DNA of 60,599 nucleotides, from positions 1 to 60,599 of the IMG/VR virus record IMGVR_UViG_3300035138_000104; one strand, given 5' to 3'. Below, in pieces: positions 1 to 6,614 of this stretch. The stretch is from a virus. The translations under genes were made by a program, and so were the position numbers. Position 1 is the stretch's first letter; every line of letters begins with the position of its first letter. The notes below the pieces were generated by a model, which worked only from the letters and a program-made list of their open reading frames with translations, ran no database searches and was not told where the DNA came from.

Positions 1-127
1 TTATCAAAGATTAAATTAAATGAACCATAATAATGAATAGCATCAAGAGAATTATTTACCCATGAAGTTATATTAAGCACACACAATTCAACATTCTCTA
101 TATTGTCTATATTTATGTTATTCATGC
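1..127. repeat. Terminal direct repeat copy 1 (identical to 60473..60599); circular-assembly overlap
   Basis: Bases 1-127 match the last 127 bases of the window letter for letter, and the identity stops exactly at both window ends. Bases 1..125 duplicate the 5' end of the CDS 60163..60597. Confidence 0.95.
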
Positions 128-172
128 ATTCTCCTTTTGTTAAATGCCTAGCTGGCGTCCCTAATTAAAATT

Positions 173-205
173 GTGAGGGGGAAAGTCTTTAAAAAACCCC
201 CTCAC
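173..205 (-). terminator. Candidate terminator hairpin after the DnaB operon
   Basis: 9-bp stem GUGAGGGGG/CCCCCUCAC (173-181 with 197-205) and a 15-nt loop. On the minus strand it is followed by AAUUUUAAUU. A second 7-bp hairpin lies at 221-227/249-255. Confidence 0.35.
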
Positions 206-264
206 TTATAAAATTAGATAATAGCAGTTAAATCTTTGGGGAGGAAACCTGCTATATCTATTTA

Positions 265-561
265 TTAACTACTAAAAAAATCTTGCCTTTCTTTATCATT
301 CATCAATTTCATTTTTTTTATCAATTTAATTGCTCGTATATGTATCATTTCATCATTGCAATTCATAACCATTTCGGCAATACTATTATCATATCCTGAA
401 ATAGTCTTTTTATAAAAATATATCTTTTTTTTACATCTTCCACAAATCATATTTTGTGTTTTATTTTCTACTAAATATTTCTTTTTGCAATAGGGACATT
501 CTAATTTCATTAATGAACCATAATATATAACTTTATTTTTTAAATATGTTAGTCTGTCCAA
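265..561 (-). CDS. Small zinc-ribbon protein
   Basis: 98-aa ORF with a TTG start 8 nt after GGAGG. It has two CxxC pairs (CPYCKKKY, CGRCKKK) and is the last gene of the helicase operon. Confidence 0.65.
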   Translation of the reverse strand: MDRLTYLKNKVIYYGSLMKLECPYCKKKYLVENKTQNMICGRCKKKIYFYKKTISGYDNSIAEMVMNCNDEMIHIRAIKLIKKMKLMNDKERQDFFSS

Positions 562-1781
562 TCTTTAATCCTCCGTGTATTTTTTTGAAAAATACCTTTA
601 GAGATCCCTGTTGCCCCTTCTCTGAATTTCTCAATAATATGTTCTAAAACAACTTCGTCTTTAGTATTCATATCATTAATAATTTGATTTAATAAAATAA
701 TTCCGTCTGCGTCTTGCTCTATACTTCCACTATCTCTTAAATCTGACATGCGAGGTCTATTATCTGATCTTGATTCTGAAGCCCTATTAAGCTGATGTAA
801 CGCTATAATCGGAATTCCTAAATCCATTGCAAGTTTTTTCAATTCCCGGCTTATAAATGATACTTTCTCATACCTATTTCTGCCTTCATTAGTTTCAATA
901 AGGCCTAGATAATCTATATATATTTTTTTAATATCATATTTATCTTTCATTATTTTTGATCTTATTTTAATGCTTTCTAACATTGTAACACTATCATCAA
1001 TAATTGGGAGATTATCATATATTTTATTATATCCTTCAATATATGTTTTTTTTTCTTGATCATTCAATTTATTTAATCTTAATTTTGTACTATCAACACC
1101 ACTTGCAATACACCCCATCAATCGTAAAACCTTTTCTTTTGATGCCTCTAATGTGAATAATACTGAAAAAATATTAAAATTAATATCCTTAATCATCATA
1201 TTATATATTCTGCTACTTTTACCAATTGCAGGCCTAGCGGCAATTATAATTAAATCTCCATTTTCTAGCCCTCCATAATTATCTATATATTTGATATGAC
1301 TTTTTATTAATTTTATCTGTTTCCCTTGGCCAATATCTGTTATTATTTTCAACGCTGTATCTTGGCTATGTTTAATCTCTTTTTCATCATCGATAGAAAG
1401 ATCATGTATAATTTTTTGTAATTCTATCTTAACATCCACAATAGATGTATATTTAGATAATCTTAATTCTTTTATCTTTTTGTCCGAATATATAACTGCC
1501 CAATTAGACATTACAAAATTATAATATTGATCAAATTGATCATAATATAAAGCACTGTCATAAATTTCATAAAAATCATCTTCATTAATCTTTGTATTAT
1601 TTTTAATTAATTCTAATACGTTCTCTTTTGTAAAACCTTTTGATCGTTTCCATTCCATACTTAAAATATTATAAAGTTCGTTACATTTGGTATTAAGAAA
1701 TATATTTTTTATTATCTTTGGAAATAATTCTTGATTGTTTAAAACTATACCTAATAAACAATATTCACTATTCAAAGCCAT
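549..1781 (-). CDS. dnaB: Replicative DNA helicase, DnaB family
   Basis: 410 aa. Contains the Walker-A-like IIIAARPAIGKSS, IYIDYLGLI, and the DnaB C-terminal signature HQLNRASESRSDNRPRMSDLRDSGSIEQDADGIILL. Confidence 0.92.
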   Translation of the reverse strand: MALNSEYCLLGIVLNNQELFPKIIKNIFLNTKCNELYNILSMEWKRSKGFTKENVLELIKNNTKINEDDFYEIYDSALYYDQFDQYYNFVMSNWAVIYSDKKIKELRLSKYTSIVDVKIELQKIIHDLSIDDEKEIKHSQDTALKIITDIGQGKQIKLIKSHIKYIDNYGGLENGDLIIIAARPAIGKSSRIYNMMIKDINFNIFSVLFTLEASKEKVLRLMGCIASGVDSTKLRLNKLNDQEKKTYIEGYNKIYDNLPIIDDSVTMLESIKIRSKIMKDKYDIKKIYIDYLGLIETNEGRNRYEKVSFISRELKKLAMDLGIPIIALHQLNRASESRSDNRPRMSDLRDSGSIEQDADGIILLNQIINDMNTKDEVVLEHIIEKFREGATGISKGIFQKNTRRIKDWTD

Positions 1782-2641
1782 GACTCCTGGAATGATTTTT
1801 TAACTTCGTCAGGGATAATAACTTTTTCATAACTATTGATATTTTTTTTATTTAAAATTTGTTGTGCTTTTATGTTATCATAACTCCCATTTATTAAAGC
1901 AGGTAAAAAACCATTATCTTTTAACCATTTATTTTTAAATGCAATATTAAAAAATAATTTACATTCTTCAATAGATTTAAATTTATTTAATAATAAAGAT
2001 AGCTGTTTAAGTTGTTTATTTGATTTATATATCAAGTTATTTATTTGTTCTTGTGTATAAATTTTTAATAAAATATTATTATAAATCATTTTATAATCAT
2101 TATAATTATTTTTAATTGTTTTTTTATTAACACTTAAAGCATTTATAGTATTAACACTTAAAGCATTTGTGTCTAATTTTCCACTGTCTTGATTTTCCAC
2201 TGTCTTGATTTTGGGACTCTGGATAATATCTGTTTTATTTTTTGACCATATATAATTAATTCTTACATACCAACCAACAACTTTATTTTCTTTATTTATC
2301 CGTTTAATATTTTGTATAAGACCTATATCTTTTAAAATTTTTTTTGCTTTATAAAATTTTGTTTTACTCCATTTTAAGCCTTTCACACAATAAGTATCCG
2401 TACATTTAGGTTGATTTGTTTTTTGCCATTTTGCAGTATAATAATAAAAAGTATAAAGACCTATCAAATCTGAAGCATTACTATATTGTAAAAACTTTTC
2501 TATTGTTTCCTTGCTTAATATTACTAATTGATTCTCTAAAAAATCAAATTGATCTATTTCTTGTTTAATTGGCTCATAAGTCTCAATTTTGAATGTTTCA
2601 TTATTTGTTTTCTGAAATTCAGTTTGTTTATTTACTTCCAC
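1772..2641 (-). CDS. Putative replication initiator / origin-binding protein
   Basis: 289 aa with a GTG start 7 nt after AAGGAG. It lies directly upstream of dnaB and overlaps it. It carries two sets of tandem DNA repeats internally (2126..2212). Confidence 0.5.
   Translation of the reverse strand: MEVNKQTEFQKTNNETFKIETYEPIKQEIDQFDFLENQLVILSKETIEKFLQYSNASDLIGLYTFYYYTAKWQKTNQPKCTDTYCVKGLKWSKTKFYKAKKILKDIGLIQNIKRINKENKVVGWYVRINYIWSKNKTDIIQSPKIKTVENQDSGKLDTNALSVNTINALSVNKKTIKNNYNDYKMIYNNILLKIYTQEQINNLIYKSNKQLKQLSLLLNKFKSIEECKLFFNIAFKNKWLKDNGFLPALINGSYDNIKAQQILNKKNINSYEKVIIPDEVKKSFQESWL
2126..2212. promoter_or_regulatory. Candidate origin iterons inside the initiator gene
   Basis: ATTAACACTTAAAGCATTT occurs twice (2126-2144 and 2150-2168, 24-bp period). 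CCACTGTCTTGATTTT then occurs twice in tandem (2181-2196 and 2197-2212, 16-bp period, so the two copies are read in different codon phases). Confidence 0.5.
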
Positions 2642-2660
2642 TTTTTAACTCCTTAAAAAT

Positions 2661-2742
2661 AAAAAAAGCCCCTTATTAGAGAGATGAAAGGCTCGGACAG
2701 AGACCTAACACCCCCTAATAAGAGGCTTTTCATTCTGTCCGA
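2661..2742 (-). ncRNA. 5'-flank/apical-loop complementary RNA element, copy 1 (leader of the initiator-dnaB operon)
   Basis: RNA sense: UCGGACAGA (2742-2734) is complementary to UCUGUCCGA inside the 12-nt loop 2703-2692. The outer stem is GCCUCUUAUUAG (2726-2715) with CUAAUAAGGGGC (2679-2668), 12 bp including one G-U that would be A-C on the plus strand. A U7 run follows (2667-2661). Confidence 0.6.
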
Positions 2743-2750
2743 TACCAAAC

Positions 2751-2778
2751 ATATTATAATATTTTTTCAATTTGTCAA
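2751..2778 (-). promoter_or_regulatory. Sigma70-type promoter
   Basis: TTGACA (2778-2773), 16 nt, TAATAT (2756-2751). The predicted start is about 2744-2743, 1-2 nt before element copy 1. The -35 box contains the TGA stop of the upstream gene. Confidence 0.6.
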
Positions 2779-3203
2779 CAAAAATATTTACTATAATATT
2801 CATAATCTTTTTCTAGTAATAGTTGTTGATGCTTTTTTATAAGATCATCGTTTATCCATTTTGGAAAATCATAGTTATATAGAATATATTCTGAACAATA
2901 ATCCATTTTCAATTTTTTAAATATTATACTCATATTCTTTCTATTAATATTTATTTTATACCCTCTCCGTTGCCATTCTTCAAGATGACATAATATATAT
3001 TGTAAGTAATATTCAATATAATCTTCCCATTGTTTTATATTAGGATGATTTTTAACCGATTTTTTAGGGTTTACAAGCTTATCATTAATATTTAATAGGC
3101 TAGCTATGCCATGAATGTTTTCATAAATATTAGCTTGCAGTCTATTTCTATCTAGATAAGATGCTGATTTACAAAAATCATAATCTAATATCCAATTTTG
3201 CAT
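2775..3203 (-). CDS. Pyrimidine-dimer DNA glycosylase-like protein (DenV/Pyr_excise-like)
   Basis: 142 aa. The pattern W..D....SASYLD..RL.A...E...........NHP....W......YL......EW..RGY resembles bacterial/phage endonuclease V-type glycosylases (recognised from memory). Confidence 0.5.
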   Translation of the reverse strand: MQNWILDYDFCKSASYLDRNRLQANIYENIHGIASLLNINDKLVNPKKSVKNHPNIKQWEDYIEYYLQYILCHLEEWQRRGYKININRKNMSIIFKKLKMDYCSEYILYNYDFPKWINDDLIKKHQQLLLEKDYEYYSKYFC

Positions 3204-3223
3204 TATTATCCCTTAAAATAAAT

Positions 3224-3297
3224 TAGCCCCCCTCAGATTCGAACTGAGATTCATGAGTTTCTAAAACTCACGGCTTTACCAGTTAGCCCAGAGAGCC
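3224..3297 (-). tRNA. tRNA with anticodon UAG (Leu box) but class I shape (5-nt variable loop)
   Basis: 74 nt. Acceptor GGCUCUC/GGGGGCU (three G-U pairs), D loop with GG, anticodon stem UGAGU/ACUCA, loop UUUAGAA, T arm CUCAG-UUCGAAU-CUGAG, A73, no encoded CCA. Confidence 0.8.
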
Positions 3298-3300
3298 ATT

Positions 3301-3372
3301 GGGTATAAACGGGATTTGAACCCTGACCTTTTGATTCACAGTCAAATATGCTACCATTACAACATTTATACC
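3301..3372 (-). tRNA. tRNA-His (GUG)
   Basis: 72 nt. Acceptor GGUAUAA/UUAUACC, anticodon stem UUUGA/UCAAA, loop CUGUGAA, T loop UUCAAAU. The T stem has only three clean G-C pairs. Confidence 0.6.
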
Positions 3373-3374
3373 AT

Positions 3375-3447
3375 AAGCCTTGAATAGACTTGAACTATTA
3401 TTACAGGATTCAAAGTCCTGTGTCCTAACCAATTGGACGACAAGGCT
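3375..3447 (-). tRNA. tRNA-Gln (UUG)
   Basis: 73-nt clean cloverleaf. Acceptor AGCCUUG/CAAGGCU, D stem GUCC/GGAC, anticodon stem CAGGA/UCCUG with loop CUUUGAA, T arm AAUAG-UUCAAGU-CUAUU. Confidence 0.85.
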
Positions 3448-3449
3448 AT

Positions 3450-3522
3450 TCAGCGTGGGTGGACTCGAACCACCGACATCTTGATTCCAAGTCAAGTAGG
3501 CTACCAACTGCCCTACACACTG
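3450..3522 (-). tRNA. tRNA-Pro (UGG)
   Basis: 73 nt. Acceptor CAGUGUG/CACGCUG (C1-G72), anticodon stem CUUGA/UCAAG with loop CUUGGAA, T arm GGUGG-UUCGAGU-CCACC. Confidence 0.85.
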
Positions 3523-3525
3523 TAT

Positions 3526-3598
3526 TACTCGAGGTGAGATTCGAACTCACACTTGATGGATTTTAAGTCCACTATCTCTGCCGTCGGATTACTCGAGC
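3526..3598 (-). tRNA. tRNA with anticodon UAA (Leu box) but class I shape (5-nt variable loop)
   Basis: 73 nt. Acceptor GCUCGAG/CUCGAGU, U8, GG in the D loop, anticodon stem GUGGA/UCCAU with loop CUUAAAA, variable CAAGU, T arm GUGAG-UUCGAAU-CUCAC, A73. Confidence 0.85.
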
Positions 3599-3686
3599 AT
3601 AAAAAAGGCTTTTATCAAAAAGGTATAAGTGATCGGCAGAAAACTTACACACAAATTAATAAAAGCCTTATCCTGCCGATCTTTAT
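3599..3686 (-). ncRNA. 5'-flank/apical-loop complementary RNA element, copy 2 (inside the tRNA array)
   Basis: RNA sense: GAUCGGCAG (3681-3673) is complementary to CUGCCGAUC in the 12-nt loop UUUCUGCCGAUC (3642-3631). Inner stem GUGUAAGU/ACUUAUAC (3650-3643 with 3630-3623) includes one G-U that is A-C on the plus strand. Outer stem AAGGCUUUUAU/AUAAAAGCCUU (3669-3659 with 3615-3605), then UUUUAU. Confidence 0.6.
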
Positions 3687-3759
3687 TTGCAGGTATGGGA
3701 GTCGAACCCAATATTTCTAGCTCATGAGACTAGCGTGTAAACCGTTTCACTCACCTACA
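3687..3759 (-). tRNA. tRNA with anticodon CAU (Met or Ile2 type)
   Basis: 73 nt. Acceptor UGUAGGU/ACCUGCA, anticodon stem CUAGU/GCUAG with loop CUCAUGA, T arm UUGGG-UUCGACU-CCCAU, A73. Confidence 0.8.
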
Positions 3760-3765
3760 AACGAT

Positions 3766-3795
3766 ATCATACTAAAACCGTTGGATGTTTGTCAA
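3766..3795 (-). promoter_or_regulatory. Sigma70-type promoter of the tRNA array
   Basis: TTGACA (3795-3790), 18 nt, TATGAT (3771-3766). The 7th nt downstream is 3759, which is the first nucleotide of the CAU tRNA. Confidence 0.55.
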
Positions 3796-3812
3796 CTATT
3801 TTTTTAAATTTT

Positions 3813-4010
3813 TTATGAATCATTATAAATATCTTCAGGGACCAACATTAGAATCCCATCATCACGCCTGATCTGGAAAACTTTATCTCCAATTTCAAAA
3901 CCCGACATTTCATTTATATGAACTTTCTTTCCCCTTATGCCATCCTGAGAAATGACATAAGGTTTTTTTCGTAGTAAAATACCTCTAGGTTGATTTATAT
4001 TATTATCCAT
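3813..4010 (-). CDS. Hypothetical protein (65 aa)
   Basis: ATG at 4010 lies 6 nt after AAGGAGG. The longer track ORF (to 4040) overlaps the upstream gene and lacks an SD. Confidence 0.65.
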   Translation of the reverse strand: MDNNINQPRGILLRKKPYVISQDGIRGKKVHINEMSGFEIGDKVFQIRRDDGILMLVPEDIYNDS

Positions 4011-4968
4011 TAACTTCCTCCTTAACTTCTTCACCTTCAAACATGTTTTTTATTGTATCAATAGTCTTGTTATCATCTTTAATCTCTGGATATTCACGTC
4101 TTAAAGCTGTTTCAACTTTATAGCGTAAATGTGGATAAATCTTTAAAAAATACTGCCACCCCTTTTGATGTTGTGTTTCAATATGAGCTTCATTAGTCAA
4201 ATGCAACCAATTAGATGCGTAATCTTTTTCTTCTTCAGGATTGCCACCCATGCCACGTGCCTTAATATGACACAGTTGTCCAGATCCATCACCTATAAAA
4301 TCGCCAGTAGCTTCACAAATAGGATTTAATGATTTATATTCTGCCCCTGTAAGAACATCATCATGCAATATAATTTTATTATCATTTAATGATTGTTTCC
4401 ACTTTAGCCAATAATCATGTATTTCACCTGGATTTGTAACTGTAACACCATTGACTGACATCCGGTTAAATATCATATCAACCCATTCTGCCATTTGTTT
4501 TGTATTAAACTTACTGGTAGTCAAAATACACGTAATTATTTTTTCGCCTTCTTTATAATCCTTGACATCTATTACTCTATATTCCGACTTAAACATATTA
4601 AGAAGCTCACTTTTAATTCTCATTTCAAATCTAGGTGCTTCACTTTCTAGATCATTTTCGTAAAGTTCCTGGCTGGTAAACATATGCTCCTTACTCCCTT
4701 TCATACCAGCATTTAGCTCATTTGATTCTATCTCGTATAATGCCCACATAAGATTATTTTGATCAAGTGTTCGTTTTTTATAATGTATTTCTATTGAAAC
4801 ATCGATATCTTTTAATTCTTCTTTTTTATTCTGTATCTGGTCTAATTTATTTAATACAATAGCCATCTTTTTATAGTAGCTTTCTTTTGGTTTTAATAGT
4901 AAATATCCTTTTGGTATATTGGATTGCCAGTCCTTCGACCAATTTGCAACAAACTTAATTAATGCCAT
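4003..4968 (-). CDS. NinB-like recombination protein fused to an HNH nuclease domain
   Basis: KRTLDQNNLMWALYEIESNEL resembles the lambda NinB RSLDQNRKLWACLGDV segment. The C terminus CHIKARGMGG...NWLHLTNEAHIETQH is HNH-like. ATG at 4968 follows GGAGG. Confidence 0.6.
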   Translation of the reverse strand: MALIKFVANWSKDWQSNIPKGYLLLKPKESYYKKMAIVLNKLDQIQNKKEELKDIDVSIEIHYKKRTLDQNNLMWALYEIESNELNAGMKGSKEHMFTSQELYENDLESEAPRFEMRIKSELLNMFKSEYRVIDVKDYKEGEKIITCILTTSKFNTKQMAEWVDMIFNRMSVNGVTVTNPGEIHDYWLKWKQSLNDNKIILHDDVLTGAEYKSLNPICEATGDFIGDGSGQLCHIKARGMGGNPEEEKDYASNWLHLTNEAHIETQHQKGWQYFLKIYPHLRYKVETALRREYPEIKDDNKTIDTIKNMFEGEEVKEEVNG

Positions 4969-5078
4969 AATGCCTCCAAAATTAACCATGCACAAATAAA
5001 ACCAGTGACAATGCCAAAAATATAATATATTGCTGATGATAAAAAAATAAACAATAATATTTTATTTTTATCTTTCAT
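4959..5078 (-). CDS. Small membrane protein (39 aa)
   Basis: ATG at 5078 follows GGAGG. The hydrophobic core is ILLFIFLSSAIYYIFGIVTGFICAWLIL. This replaces the longer 4959..5261 track ORF. Confidence 0.5.
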   Translation of the reverse strand: MKDKNKILLFIFLSSAIYYIFGIVTGFICAWLILEALWH

Positions 5079-5088
5079 AACATGCCTC

Positions 5089-5289
5089 CTATAAAAAAGA
5101 TAGATCTTTAGAGTCTGTTGCAGCTGCGGTATAGCTTTTATAATTATGCCATTCACCTCCGCATTTATAGACGACAAATATCCATTTATCATTCCATGAT
5201 TTAATTCTTCCCTTTTCCCTTTTGAAAGGAGTTTTATATAAAACAAATTTACCCACATCATTATCAGTTAATGTTTTTAAGTCTATCAT
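5089..5289 (-). CDS. Hypothetical protein (66 aa)
   Basis: ATG at 5289 lies 6 nt after AAGGAG, within the co-directional gene train. Confidence 0.65.
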   Translation of the reverse strand: MIDLKTLTDNDVGKFVLYKTPFKREKGRIKSWNDKWIFVVYKCGGEWHNYKSYTAAATDSKDLSFL

Positions 5290-5301
5290 GATATTACTCC
5301 T

Positions 5302-6180
5302 TTAGATATAACTTGAACCAGTATCTCCTCTTTTAATAAATTCTTCAGAATTATTGTCTTTCCATTTTGATAATTCATTTTTCCAACAATGATCTTTCCA
5401 TTCACAATAATTACATTGCCAATCAGAATTATATTTTATTTTATTAAATTGAAATCCATTATCTTTAATCTCTCCATTTTTAATCGCCACTAAATAATCT
5501 CTTTCTGGTAAATTTTTTAATTCAACAGCTAATTCTATATCTTTTAACTTTTCAATAATTTTATTCATATCATATTCATACAATATGGTATTTGTTTTGC
5601 CATCTGCAAAAGTATTTATTACTTCAATTCCTTTTTCATGATCAATGACTTCAAACTCGCATCTATAGCCATTATCCCTTCCGAAATAACAATGATTAAA
5701 TTTTTTATTAGGAGTTAATTTTATATAAATATAAATCTGGTCAAGATAATCTTTTTTTGGTTTATTATCTTTTGATATTTTGATTATTCCCCTTCCAAAT
5801 AAAGATTTTAATTCAATTGCTTCTGAAGAATTATCTTCAAAATAAAGTATAAAATCAATTCTGCAACTGATAGGATATCTTAATCCATCAATATTAATTC
5901 TATATTTTTTTTCTTTTTCATAATTCTTCAATATTTTATTTTGAATAGGTTTTTTATTTTCAATAATATTTTTTAAAAAATTCTCAAAAATCAATTCCAT
6001 CGATCTTCCAAATTTCATTTTTAAATTATTGCCAGGTGTTCTTAAATTAGATTTTTTTTCATTAACCCAGTTATAATATTGTTGCCTTTTACAAGAAGTC
6101 AGATCACTTGCATAATGTGATTTTTTTTGATAATCTTCTGATTCAATTAACCATTCATCAAATGCTTTCATAATTATCAT
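5302..6180 (-). CDS. PD-(D/E)xK exonuclease, Cas4/RecB-like, with a C-terminal Cys cluster
   Basis: 292 aa. RIDFILYF...EAIELKS fits a D...ExK nuclease core. The C-terminal CNYCEWKDHC fits the Cas4-type Fe-S cysteines. Confidence 0.65.
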   Translation of the reverse strand: MIIMKAFDEWLIESEDYQKKSHYASDLTSCKRQQYYNWVNEKKSNLRTPGNNLKMKFGRSMELIFENFLKNIIENKKPIQNKILKNYEKEKKYRINIDGLRYPISCRIDFILYFEDNSSEAIELKSLFGRGIIKISKDNKPKKDYLDQIYIYIKLTPNKKFNHCYFGRDNGYRCEFEVIDHEKGIEVINTFADGKTNTILYEYDMNKIIEKLKDIELAVELKNLPERDYLVAIKNGEIKDNGFQFNKIKYNSDWQCNYCEWKDHCWKNELSKWKDNNSEEFIKRGDTGSSYI

Positions 6181-6614
6181 TTTTTTATCTCCTTACAAAC
6201 AAAATTTTTAATTGTAAATGTTTCCTCCTGGAAACCACATTGACCATCTTTTGTAATGCTTTTAGGGAGATCTTCTATCTTAGAATAAACAACACTGATA
6301 ACAATTAAATCCCTTATATCAATACTTTTAGATCTATATTTAATTATAGCACCTTCAAAATATGATCCAATATAAGTAATGTGATCTTTCCATTCTCCAA
6401 AGATTTCTCGCAGCATTTTTCTTATTTTTGTCAAATTTTTTGGATTATGACTATTAACTTCTAGTTGTCTATTATTCAAAAAATACAATGAAAATTCTAC
6501 TTTATTCTCTGTAATATAATTTTCAATTTTTTCTACAATAGATATTAAGCAATCTAGTTTTCCTTTAGTCTCTTTAATTTCTTCAAATAAATTATCAAAT
6601 CTAATTTTGTTCAT
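6177..6614 (-). CDS. Hypothetical protein (145 aa)
   Basis: ATG at 6614 follows GGAGGAC. It sits between the annealing-protein and exonuclease genes. Confidence 0.65.
   Translation of the reverse strand: MNKIRFDNLFEEIKETKGKLDCLISIVEKIENYITENKVEFSLYFLNNRQLEVNSHNPKNLTKIRKMLREIFGEWKDHITYIGSYFEGAIIKYRSKSIDIRDLIVISVVYSKIEDLPKSITKDGQCGFQEETFTIKNFVCKEIKK

Noticed and set aside
173-255. Two hairpins after the zinc-ribbon gene as a fifth member of the flank-loop RNA family
   Set aside because: The hairpins are sequential, not nested. There is no 5' flank complementary to an apical loop and no promoter upstream. They more likely form a terminator region.
3283-3507. 74-aa minus-strand track ORF across the tRNA array
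   Set aside because: It lies entirely over four well-formed tRNA genes and has no SD, so it is spurious.
3224-3598. Reading the two odd tRNAs on the plus strand as amber (CUA) and ochre (UUA) suppressors, implying stop-codon recoding
   Set aside because: On the plus strand the T loops read AUUCGAA instead of UUCGAAU. The GG-containing loop would sit in the T position, and several G-U pairs become A-C mismatches. In addition, the genome's ORFs are long and contiguous under the standard code.
4959-5261. 100-aa track ORF overlapping 5089..5289
   Set aside because: Only its last 39 codons have an SD-preceded ATG (5078). The upstream part overlaps a better-supported gene in another frame.
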